DNA from: Patescibacteria group bacterium
GTDB lineage: Bacteria > Patescibacteriota > Patescibacteriia > 2-01-FULL-39-33
Assembly: GCA_041662745.1 (NCBI GenBank)
Contig: JBAZRV010000004.1
Span: 30,001 to 62,000 of the forward strand
Direction of reading: 5' to 3'
Length of the DNA: 32,000 bases
Below, one piece after another: positions 19,773 to 27,736 of the stretch. The notes under the pieces are model-generated. The model saw only the letters and a list, made by a program, of their open reading frames with translations. It had not been told where the DNA came from and searched no databases. The translations under genes and the position numbers were made by a program. Each line of letters begins with the position of its first letter. Within the stretch, counting starts at the first letter, position 1.

Positions 19773-19952
19773 TTATGCAGATCCGTCTGCCTCGGGGGTT
19801 TTTTCTTTTTGGCCGATAAACAGGTAAATATAGGCGGCTTGGAATTTTTGGCTGAGCCAGCCGTGGAATTTTTTGTAATCAATGGCAAATCCCAGCTCCT
19901 GGGCGCTGCGGTAAAGGTTATTGCCGTCGATGTAAATGTTGATTTTGGACAT
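19773..19952 (-). pseudogene. truncated NYN-domain (PIN-like nuclease) N-terminus
   Basis: MSKINIYIDGNNLYRSAQELGFAIDYKKFHGWLSQKFQAAYIYLFIGQKEKTPEADGSA*; the catalytic second half (…SGDGDF…) is missing compared with 27180..27716. Confidence 0.65.
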
Positions 19953-19994
19953 GAGATTATGATATCGGGCTATAAACATGACAATCAAACTAAT

Positions 19995-22004
19995 TTATTT
20001 AACTTTAAATTCCCTAGCTTGTTCTTTTTCTGTCCTTTGCCATTTTTCAAATTCAACTGGAATACCATTTTCTCTCCAAAACTCAGCCCAATCTTTATAC
20101 GCCTCAATTAGATAGGGAAATCTTCCAATTTTTCTTGCTGCACTCCTTGCATAACCATCGCTTAAATAAAAATCTCTAACCAACTTTTTTTGTGACGCCA
20201 CGATTTCGCCAACATCCACGGAGGATTCAATTGTCGGCGCCTCTTGGTCTAACACCTCCCATTCATCCCATCCCTCGCTTATCAATTCATCAAGTGTTTT
20301 ATCAGTATCAATAATTTCACCATTAGCATCATTATATTTTAATTTTGCAGTCCTTCCTAGAGCTGTTTCTGGGTATGGCGTTTCTGGGGCGACTCTTATA
20401 TGATCAATTTCTAAAAATCTCTCTCTTTCTCCATCTCTTAATCCAAATCTTTCTGCAACTAAATCAGATAGCTCTGTTGCCGTATAAGTATTGGCATTTT
20501 CTCCCTCTTGTGACGATTCAGCTTGTCTATCAAAAATAAATTCCACTGCCTGGCGGAGAAGTTCATAATCAGAAAAAAGCTGTTTTGGAATCTCCAGTTC
20601 TAACAATACTCTTGCCTTTTGCTCGAATAATTCGTCCTGGTTTTCTCTGCCCCAAACAAAATATCCTCTAGTAAACATTCCAAGGTCGCTTGATCGTTTT
20701 AATGACCAAACAGCATTAGTATATTTTTTTATACCCTCCTGCATTAACTTCTCTCTATCAGCTTCTCCAGTCGGCCTTTTAAGGTTAACCACGTCAATGG
20801 GATTAAATGCTTCTATTCCTATTCCAATTTTAGAACAACCAGATTTTTTCATAAGCTCCAAAACCTTCTCCGCTTTTCCGCTTACTATTTCCTTTTCGTC
20901 GAAAGCTCTTGCCAGACAAAACCAGTGCACCAATTCTTTATCCTCATCGCTGAATACGCCACTTTTAATCATTTTCAAGCATAGGTCTTCGACATGCTGA
21001 ATATTTTCGTTAAAAGTCAAATCTGCAAAATATACAAAATTTGTCCTATATTCAGGATCATCATGATATTTCTTTATTTCAGTGACTATCGATTTCGGAT
21101 CCCTATACTTTACTGGCGTTCTATACCTACCACTGCCAGTATCCTCGCCCCAAACCATGGGAGAACTGCAAAACTCACAATTACCTGGGCAACCGCGACA
21201 GGAAGAAATCTGAATTTCACCTCTTATCTCCTTATGAGAAGGAAAACTACCAAATTGAGTACAGTCTACACTTGAAGGCACCTCCTTAACACCTTCAACC
21301 ACCCCGTCATTATTTTTGACGGGAACAACGATCCTCCTATACGCTTCAGGCAATACTTCGAGTTCCTTGTTGGTCATCCTTTTTCTCGGTCTGAATTCAT
21401 TTACGGCCCCATCCTCTCTATAAATAATTCCCTCAACTCCAGAAAAATCAGCTTGCCCTTCTTCAACTTTTTTCGCTAATTCTAAAATAGTTTCCTCACC
21501 CTCTCCAATAACAAAAAAATCGACTAAACTAATATTGTCTCCTAATTCTTTTTTCAATTCCTCTTCCCAGGCATTATATTTTTTACTTAAATAAACTTTA
21601 TCTTTCATGGCAGATATATGATAGCCGCCGATTACAATCTTTATTTCTGGATCAGCTTCTTTAATTTTTTTAGCGATCTGCAATGCGCGGTTAAACAGCG
21701 GAGTAATAGCACTAATTCCAACCATCATACAATCTCCCTGCCTTTTAATGACTTCAGCAATATCTTCGTCAGTTATGTTTATGGGTTCTTCGCCCTCGGG
21801 AGTTCCGTCTAACGCAATCTCGATGTGTTTTCTTTTTACTGGCCTTTGATGAATTAGAGAAACATCAAAACCTCCTCGATCTTTCAAAAATCCTCCTAGT
21901 GTTTCTATGGCATATGGAGGAGCCTGATTGCCCCTTTTTGCTGGTTCTGGTGTAAAATTCATGCCACCTATGGGCTCAATTAAAATAACTCTTGATTTTG
22001 GCAT
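19995..22004 (-). CDS. radical SAM protein with N-terminal B12-binding-like domain
   Basis: 669 aa; Rossmann-like N-terminus (MMVGISAITPLFNRALQIAKKIKEADPEIKIVIGGYHISA) then SSCRGCPGNCEFCSSP (CxxxCxxC). Confidence 0.85.
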   Translation of the reverse strand: MPKSRVILIEPIGGMNFTPEPAKRGNQAPPYAIETLGGFLKDRGGFDVSLIHQRPVKRKHIEIALDGTPEGEEPINITDEDIAEVIKRQGDCMMVGISAITPLFNRALQIAKKIKEADPEIKIVIGGYHISAMKDKVYLSKKYNAWEEELKKELGDNISLVDFFVIGEGEETILELAKKVEEGQADFSGVEGIIYREDGAVNEFRPRKRMTNKELEVLPEAYRRIVVPVKNNDGVVEGVKEVPSSVDCTQFGSFPSHKEIRGEIQISSCRGCPGNCEFCSSPMVWGEDTGSGRYRTPVKYRDPKSIVTEIKKYHDDPEYRTNFVYFADLTFNENIQHVEDLCLKMIKSGVFSDEDKELVHWFCLARAFDEKEIVSGKAEKVLELMKKSGCSKIGIGIEAFNPIDVVNLKRPTGEADREKLMQEGIKKYTNAVWSLKRSSDLGMFTRGYFVWGRENQDELFEQKARVLLELEIPKQLFSDYELLRQAVEFIFDRQAESSQEGENANTYTATELSDLVAERFGLRDGERERFLEIDHIRVAPETPYPETALGRTAKLKYNDANGEIIDTDKTLDELISEGWDEWEVLDQEAPTIESSVDVGEIVASQKKLVRDFYLSDGYARSAARKIGRFPYLIEAYKDWAEFWRENGIPVEFEKWQRTEKEQAREFKVK

Positions 22005-22202
22005 ATGAGAAATTAACTATTATTTCCTATATTTTACTACCTTTTAAGTCCTATTGCAAACTTAAAACTTATCAACTCTTTACCTACTCCAACCATCCTG
22101 GACTCCTCAAGAGGGTTGCGTCATCAATGTCCATAGTAATAACCAAAAACTATAGACAACAACCAAAAATCAAGGGTTTCAAGTGATTTTCAAGGCGATT
22201 TA

Positions 22203-23465
22203 GTGCCACTTAAGTACTGCCTTTATGCCAGAAAATCGACCGAGGCCGATGACAAGCAAGTGTTATCCATCGAATCCCAAGTCAAAGAGATGCTGGCTCT
22301 GGCTAGCAAGGATTCCTTAGATGTAGTAGAAATCAAGCGGGAAGCCCACTCATCTAAGGATGTTGGCCAAAGGCCGATTTACAACGAAATGATTTCTGAA
22401 ATCAGAGCGGGCAAGTTTAACGGCATTCTGACCTGGGCGCCGGATCGGCTCAGCCGCAATGCCGGAGATTTGGGCTCAGTTGTGGATTTGATGGATCAGA
22501 AACTACTTTTGGAAATCAGGACGTATGGCCAGAAGTTCAGCAATAATCCCAATGAGAAATTCCTGTTAATGATTTTAGGCAGCCAAGCCAAGCTGGAAAA
22601 TGACAATAAAGCGATTAACATTAAAAGAGGACTCCGAACCAGGTGCGAAATGGGCTGGCGGCCGGGCGTGGCTCCGACCGGATACTTAAATGAAAAACAC
22701 GCCGACAAAAAGTGCCAATCCCGATTAGATCCCAAGAGAGCTGTCATTATCAAAAATATGTTCGAGAAATCGGCTAATGATAATTGGAGTGGCCGAAAAA
22801 TCTACAGATGGCTTCGCGAGATTGACTTTAGAACTAAGACCGGCAAGCGATTAGTTTTGGCCAATGTCTATCTGATTTTAAGAAATCCATATTACTACGG
22901 TGAATTTGAATTCCCGGTGGGTAGTGGTAATTGGTACAGTGGCAAACATACGCCGATTATCACTAAGGAACTATTCGACAAAACGCAATTAGCCCTTAAC
23001 GACCACAATCTACCTAAGACCGAGAGCAAGGAATTCGCCTTCACTAAACTAATTAAATGCGGCTATTGCGGTTCGGGCATTTCGGCTGATGAGAAATTCA
23101 AGAAGCTTAAAAACGGCGGCACTAACCGCCATGTCTATTATTTTTGCTCCAAGGCCAGAAATATAGATTGCAAAAATCAACCGATTAATGAAACCAACTT
23201 AATCACTGAACTGGCCGGCTTAATCGATCGGATCAGCTTGGATGAACTGGGCGTCCAGCAGAAAATTGAGGATGAATTCAAAAGATACAACAAATTCAGA
23301 ATCAGCGTGCTGGGTAAAAAGAATGAGGAATGCAATAGCGAAGTGGACATCAAGAATTTCGTCAAATACCTACTTAAAGACGGCACGATTCTGGAAAAAC
23401 GAGAATTGCTTGCTTGCCTTAAAAGCAGATTGATCCTAAAAGACAGGCAAATCAGTTTGGAATAA
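22203..23465 (+). CDS. large serine site-specific recombinase (resolvase + recombinase + zinc-ribbon)
   Basis: GTG start; CLYARKSTEADDKQVLSIESQ, GILTWAPDRLSRNAGDLG, GYCGSGIS...YYFCSKA...DCKN. Confidence 0.92.
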   Translation: MPLKYCLYARKSTEADDKQVLSIESQVKEMLALASKDSLDVVEIKREAHSSKDVGQRPIYNEMISEIRAGKFNGILTWAPDRLSRNAGDLGSVVDLMDQKLLLEIRTYGQKFSNNPNEKFLLMILGSQAKLENDNKAINIKRGLRTRCEMGWRPGVAPTGYLNEKHADKKCQSRLDPKRAVIIKNMFEKSANDNWSGRKIYRWLREIDFRTKTGKRLVLANVYLILRNPYYYGEFEFPVGSGNWYSGKHTPIITKELFDKTQLALNDHNLPKTESKEFAFTKLIKCGYCGSGISADEKFKKLKNGGTNRHVYYFCSKARNIDCKNQPINETNLITELAGLIDRISLDELGVQQKIEDEFKRYNKFRISVLGKKNEECNSEVDIKNFVKYLLKDGTILEKRELLACLKSRLILKDRQISLE

Positions 23466-23554
23466 ATCTAAAACTAAAAATACCGCGGAAAAACCGCGGT
23501 ATTTTGTGGCTAAATCAGTGATACCTCTCGGTCATTTGACTTAGCATAAGCGTG

Positions 23555-23628
23555 TTGCGGGGGGCGGATTCGAACCGCCGACCTCTTGGTTATGAGCCAA
23601 GCGAGCTGCCGGACTGCTCTACCCCGCG
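23555..23628 (-). tRNA. initiator tRNA-fMet (CAU)
   Basis: CGCGGGGTAGAGCAGTCCGGCAGCTCGCTTGGCTCATAACCAAGAGGTCGGCGGTTCGAATCCGCCCCCCGCAA; C1:A72 mismatch characteristic of initiator. Confidence 0.93.
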
Positions 23629-23673
23629 ATAATATTTTATTTTCCCTCTCTCCTTAAAAAGATGAGACTGGTG

Positions 23674-23755
23674 TGCCCGAGGAGAGACTCGAACTCTCAC
23701 ATATTGCTATACACGATTTTGAGTCGTGCGCGTCTACCAGTTCCGCCACTCGGGC
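23674..23755 (-). tRNA. tRNA-Leu (CAA)
   Basis: GCCCGAGTGGCGGAACTGGTAGACGCGCACGACTCAAAATCGTGTATAGCAATATGTGAGAGTTCGAGTCTCTCCTCGGGCA; anticodon loop CTCAAAA, long variable arm. Confidence 0.93.
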
Positions 23756-23760
23756 CTGAG

Positions 23761-24000
23761 TTATAACAAACTTTTTAACCATTCTTTACCACAACCTGAC
23801 TTTAAATATTTTTCTCTTTGTCTTGCATCTATTCTCGTACTATACTTTTCTGTTATAATCATTTTAAATGGTCGATAAAATCTTGTTGTCCTCTCTCGTC
23901 CATTATTGTGGCGACTAAATCTGTCATCAAAATCAGAGGTTTGACCGACATAAATATAATTATGTTTTATACTTTGCAAGGCATAAACAGTATACTCCAT
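23761..24000 (-). CDS. small GIY-YIG endonuclease domain protein
   Basis: MEYTVYALQSIKHNYIYVGQTSDFDDRFSRHNNGRERTTRFYRPFKMIITEKYSTRIDARQREKYLKSGCGKEWLKSLL; start trimmed from the track (24063). Confidence 0.88.
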   Translation of the reverse strand: MEYTVYALQSIKHNYIYVGQTSDFDDRFSRHNNGRERTTRFYRPFKMIITEKYSTRIDARQREKYLKSGCGKEWLKSLL

Positions 24001-24015
24001 AAGAAAAATATTTAA

Positions 24016-24069
24016 AGTCGTGCGCGCCTGCCTGCCGGCAGGCAGGTCTACCAGTTCCGCCACTCGGGC
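24016..24069 (-). pseudogene. 5' remnant of tRNA-Leu split by a 20-bp palindrome
   Basis: GCCCGAGTGGCGGAACTGGTAGA + CCTGCCTGCCGGCAGGCAGG + CGCGCACGACT; the 34 flanking nt are identical to the intact tRNA-Leu at 23674..23755. Confidence 0.85.
24027..24046. repeat. 20-bp perfect palindrome
   Basis: CCTGCCTGCCGGCAGGCAGG equals its own reverse complement. Confidence 0.9.
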
Positions 24070-24197
24070 AATTTAGACTTTATTTATTTTATACTATTTT
24101 TTGAAAATTGTCAAATATTTCAGAGTTTGATATAATTAAAACATTGTAAATCTGCCTATTTGAGCCTATTGTCATTCAAATAGCAGACCAAAACCAT

Positions 24198-24683
24198 ATG
24201 TTTATAACCGTACATGCGGCCGCTTCAGCCGTTATCGGCAAGGAAATCGCCAACCCCTTTATTGCCTTCATTATCAGTTTTATCCTGCATTTTATTTTTG
24301 ATATCATCCCGCACGGCGATCGCGATTACTGCAAAAGATTTTTCGGCCTGCAATTCAAGCGCCTGAACGAGGAAGAAAAATTCAAATCCATGGCCTTATA
24401 CAGTTTGATTGATACCGTGGTTCTGGTTTTTTTCTTGCTCTTTTTATTTAAGAACTTCACTTGGGCCAAGGACGACAGTGTTATCTGGGCGATTATCGGC
24501 GGCATTATTCCCGATTTTATCGTAGCGCTTTATATGCTGACCAAGTCCCGCTGGCTCAAAGGCTTTTTCATTTTCCATCATGAAAACCATAGCTTGATCA
24601 AACGCGATTTTCCGCTTTACGCCGGCATGATTTTCCAAATCGTAATTCTTTTTGGCCTGATCTCCTTGCTTTACCTGCTGTAA
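24198..24683 (+). CDS. conserved multi-TM membrane protein
   Basis: 161-aa ORF, several hydrophobic segments, conserved-looking HFIFDIIPHGD and FHHENHSL motifs. Confidence 0.75.
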   Translation: MFITVHAAASAVIGKEIANPFIAFIISFILHFIFDIIPHGDRDYCKRFFGLQFKRLNEEEKFKSMALYSLIDTVVLVFFLLFLFKNFTWAKDDSVIWAIIGGIIPDFIVALYMLTKSRWLKGFFIFHHENHSLIKRDFPLYAGMIFQIVILFGLISLLYLL

Positions 24684-25777
24684 CTTTCCAATAATTCCCT
24701 TGTTTGCCGCGCGCATTTGTCCCAAGTGAATTCTTGGGATTTTTGTTTTCCTTTTTCCGCCAGTTGCCGTCTAAGGTTTTCGTCAGTAACCGCCTTTTTA
24801 ATCGCTAAACCTATCTCTTCTTCTTGCAGGGGATTCACATAAAGCACGGCTTCACCGCCGATTTCCGGCAAAGAACCGGCATTAGAGGTTACAACCGGCA
24901 CGCCGCAGGCCAGCGCTTCCGCCACCGGCAAGCCGAACCCTTCATACAGGCTCGGAAAGACAAAAACCTCGGCGTGACTTAACAACTCGCGCTTTCTGGC
25001 TGCCGTAACATAGCCCAAGTACTTTATTGCTTCTTCTTGCAACTCGGCATTAGCTTGTCTTAATCCTTTGAATATCTCCTTATTCTTCCAGCCGTCTTTT
25101 CCGGCCAAGATTAATTTAAAATCGCGCGCCGCCGGTTCTTCCTGTTTAAATTTTTTAAACGCTCCGATCAATCGGATCAGATTTTTTCGCGGTTCAATGG
25201 TACCCAAATATAAAATATACTTCTCCTTGTTTTTTTGCCGATTTATTCCCCTGTCCGCCACACCCTCATAGATTACCTCGATCTTTTCCGGCGCAATGCC
25301 GAATAATTTGATAATATCCTGTTTGGTGCTGTTAGAAACGGCGATAATTTTATCCGCTCGCCTTAACGATCGCGGCACCAGATAGCGCCGATCAAAGTTA
25401 ATCAACCGATCGGGAAATAACTCCGGATAAAGATAAACTGCCAAATCATGGATTGTTACCACGGCTCGGCCGCCATAGCCCAAGGGAATGATATTGGCGG
25501 GAAACAGGCAAACGTCAAGCTTCTGCCGATTAATGAGCCGACCGACCGCCAATTGGGAATAAAAAAACGGCAAATAACGGCGATAACGCGACAAGGACAA
25601 ATGCTTTATTTCATAATCGCCCATTACTATCTCCGACGGCAACTTTTCACCTTCATTTAAAAACAGGACATAATGATTATGCCTGTCTTGGATTAATAAA
25701 TTTTTAACCACTTGTCTGCCATACTCCCCGATTCCCGCCGAGGCGGCCAGAGTCCGGCAATCAATTCCGATTCTCAT
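24671..25777 (-). CDS. glycosyltransferase family 4 (GT-B)
   Basis: MRIGIDCRTLAASAGIGEYGRQ, YILYLGTIEPRKNLIRLI, FVFPSLYEGFGLPVAEALACGVPVVTSNAGSLPEI. Confidence 0.93.
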   Translation of the reverse strand: MRIGIDCRTLAASAGIGEYGRQVVKNLLIQDRHNHYVLFLNEGEKLPSEIVMGDYEIKHLSLSRYRRYLPFFYSQLAVGRLINRQKLDVCLFPANIIPLGYGGRAVVTIHDLAVYLYPELFPDRLINFDRRYLVPRSLRRADKIIAVSNSTKQDIIKLFGIAPEKIEVIYEGVADRGINRQKNKEKYILYLGTIEPRKNLIRLIGAFKKFKQEEPAARDFKLILAGKDGWKNKEIFKGLRQANAELQEEAIKYLGYVTAARKRELLSHAEVFVFPSLYEGFGLPVAEALACGVPVVTSNAGSLPEIGGEAVLYVNPLQEEEIGLAIKKAVTDENLRRQLAEKGKQKSQEFTWDKCARQTRELLESYSR

Positions 25778-25780
25778 AGG

Positions 25781-27043
25781 CTATTTGATTAGGCGTCGCA
25801 GTTTATCGGCATTCAAACCCGGTCCGATCAGGGCCAAATTGGCCCGATTAAAATCAAAAATATCCTTAGCCGTCTGTTGCACTTCCTTGGCTGATACCGC
25901 GAAAATCTTTTTTAATTTCTGTTCCGGCGTCATCAACGGTTTATTCATCAGTTCTTGATTGACGTAAAACTGGGCAATAGACATGGAATCTTCCAAATCC
26001 AAAGCGGTTTTGCCGGCAATGAATTCTTTGGCCCGATTCAGTTCCTCGGCGGTCACGCCGCCAGCCAAAATATTTTTGATTTCCAAAATTATCGTTTCTA
26101 AGGCCAACTCCAGTCGCGCCTTATCCAAGCCCGCCTGAATCACCAAAGATCCGGCATCCTCATACAAATTAGGCCAAGAACGGATAAAATAGGCCAGGCC
26201 TTTTTGTTCCCGTATATTGATAGACAAACGCGAACTCATGTTGCCTCCCAAAATAATCGCCAAAAGATTCAAAGCATAAACGCGCTTGTCATAAGTGGGA
26301 AAAGCGTTAAAACCCAAAGCCAACTGCACCTGTTCCGTTGCCTTGTTTTTGATTTTTATCCTGGGTTTCTGTTGTCTGACGACCGATCGCCTGATGGCTG
26401 ATTTCTTGCCCTTGGGCAAAGAAAACTTAGCCGAGATATCCTTGATCTGCTTGTCGCTGAATTTTCCGGCCAAGCCGATAACGACATTGGCGCCGTTATA
26501 ATAATTACGCTTGTAAGCCAGGAGTTTCTTCCTGTCCAACCCCTTGACCGTTTCCTTGCTGCCGGCGATCATGTGGCCCAATTGTCCGCCATCAAACATC
26601 AGTTCCTCCAGCATTTCTTCCACATGCATCAAGGGATTGTCTTCATACATATTGATCTCTTCTGTAATCACGCCCTTTTCCTTTTCCAGCTCAACAGCAT
26701 CAAATTTAGAGTTAATAACCATGTCCGACAGCATGTCAATCGCCAGCGGCAAATGCCGAGCATCGGATTTGATATAATAGCCGGTCATATCCTTGCCGGT
26801 AAAAGCGTTGTATTCCGCGCCGATGCCGTCTAACTCTTTGGCTAAATCCAAGGTTGTCGGGCGTTTGTTCGTGCCCTTGAACATCATATGCTCAATAAAA
26901 TGGGAACTGCCGTAAATTGACGGCGATTCCTGACGGCTACCCACCTTGAACAGGACCAATAAGCTGGCGGTCTGCGTATCATGAAGCGGAGCCGTAATCA
27001 ACCTAATGCCGTTTTTTAAGGTTTGTTTTTTATACATAATCAT
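25781..27043 (-). CDS. M16-family zinc metallopeptidase (pitrilysin-like)
   Basis: SSHFIEHMMFKGT (HxxEH), GVITEEINMYEDNP, RSWPNLYEDAGSLVIQAG. Confidence 0.93.
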   Translation of the reverse strand: MIMYKKQTLKNGIRLITAPLHDTQTASLLVLFKVGSRQESPSIYGSSHFIEHMMFKGTNKRPTTLDLAKELDGIGAEYNAFTGKDMTGYYIKSDARHLPLAIDMLSDMVINSKFDAVELEKEKGVITEEINMYEDNPLMHVEEMLEELMFDGGQLGHMIAGSKETVKGLDRKKLLAYKRNYYNGANVVIGLAGKFSDKQIKDISAKFSLPKGKKSAIRRSVVRQQKPRIKIKNKATEQVQLALGFNAFPTYDKRVYALNLLAIILGGNMSSRLSINIREQKGLAYFIRSWPNLYEDAGSLVIQAGLDKARLELALETIILEIKNILAGGVTAEELNRAKEFIAGKTALDLEDSMSIAQFYVNQELMNKPLMTPEQKLKKIFAVSAKEVQQTAKDIFDFNRANLALIGPGLNADKLRRLIK

Positions 27044-27092
27044 TATTTTTGTTAAATTTACAGGGCATTTTAATACTTTCGCTATTTTCCTA

Positions 27093-27120
27093 TTGACAAA
27101 TAATACGGATATGCTATAAT
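27093..27120 (+). promoter_or_regulatory. near-consensus sigma70 promoter
   Basis: TTGACA (27093-27098), 16-nt spacer, TATAAT (27115-27120). Confidence 0.7.
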
Positions 27121-27126
27121 TACGAT

Positions 27127-27182
27127 AGAATCACGACGAGAAAGGTTCTCTAAGGGTTTCGTCCCGACGAGAGCCTTTTTCA
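27127..27182 (+). ncRNA. candidate ~55-nt small RNA ending in an intrinsic terminator
   Basis: Starts ~7 nt after the TATAAT; terminator stem AAAGGTTCTC (27141-27150)/GAGAGCCTTT (27169-27178) followed by T5; no downstream + strand gene. Confidence 0.45.
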
Positions 27183-27716
27183 TTTGTGTTTATTTTTATA
27201 CTCCAACTTACCTTTCAAAACATTCAAAAAAATCAAGATATTATTTGCCGGAGAACTTAAGCGATCCAAAAGACAAGAATAATTATTTTGATTCGGAATT
27301 AACACTCTCTTGAGTTTTGCGTTATTGATCAGATATTCTACCAAACAATAAAAATCACCATCACCGGAGACAATAATGGCCTTGTCATAATTAGAGTGTT
27401 CAATCATAGTATGCAATACCAATTCGGCATCTACATTACCCTTAACCGTACCATCGGCTAATTCCAGCGTCGGTTTAAACACGCAAATATAGCCATACTC
27501 CTGTAATTTTGTATACATCGCTTGATTGCCGGGTTTAAAGCCAATGAACAGGAAGGCCTTTTCAATGCCATATTTATCCTTAAGATAAACCCTGAATCTT
27601 CTATAATCAAGTTGCCAGCCGGAATAAATTTTCCGGTCTTTTTTATAAATGTCTTTTGACAAGCTTTGATATAAATTATTGCTGTCAATAAAAGCGTAAT
27701 TTTTTTCTTGCGGCAT
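27180..27716 (-). CDS. NYN-domain (PIN-like) nuclease
   Basis: YAFIDSNNLYQSL...AFLFIGFKPGNQ...LADGTVKGNVDAELVLHTM...KAIIVSGDGDFYCLVEYL. Confidence 0.88.
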   Translation of the reverse strand: MPQEKNYAFIDSNNLYQSLSKDIYKKDRKIYSGWQLDYRRFRVYLKDKYGIEKAFLFIGFKPGNQAMYTKLQEYGYICVFKPTLELADGTVKGNVDAELVLHTMIEHSNYDKAIIVSGDGDFYCLVEYLINNAKLKRVLIPNQNNYSCLLDRLSSPANNILIFLNVLKGKLEYKNKHK

Positions 27717-27736
27717 ATTATTTTATATAGATAATC

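Noticed and set aside
24001-24063. Extended GIY-YIG start at 24063 (MAELVDLPAGRQARTTLNIFL...)
   Set aside because: This prefix is the tRNA-Leu remnant plus palindrome; the conserved domain starts at MEYTVYALQS (24000).
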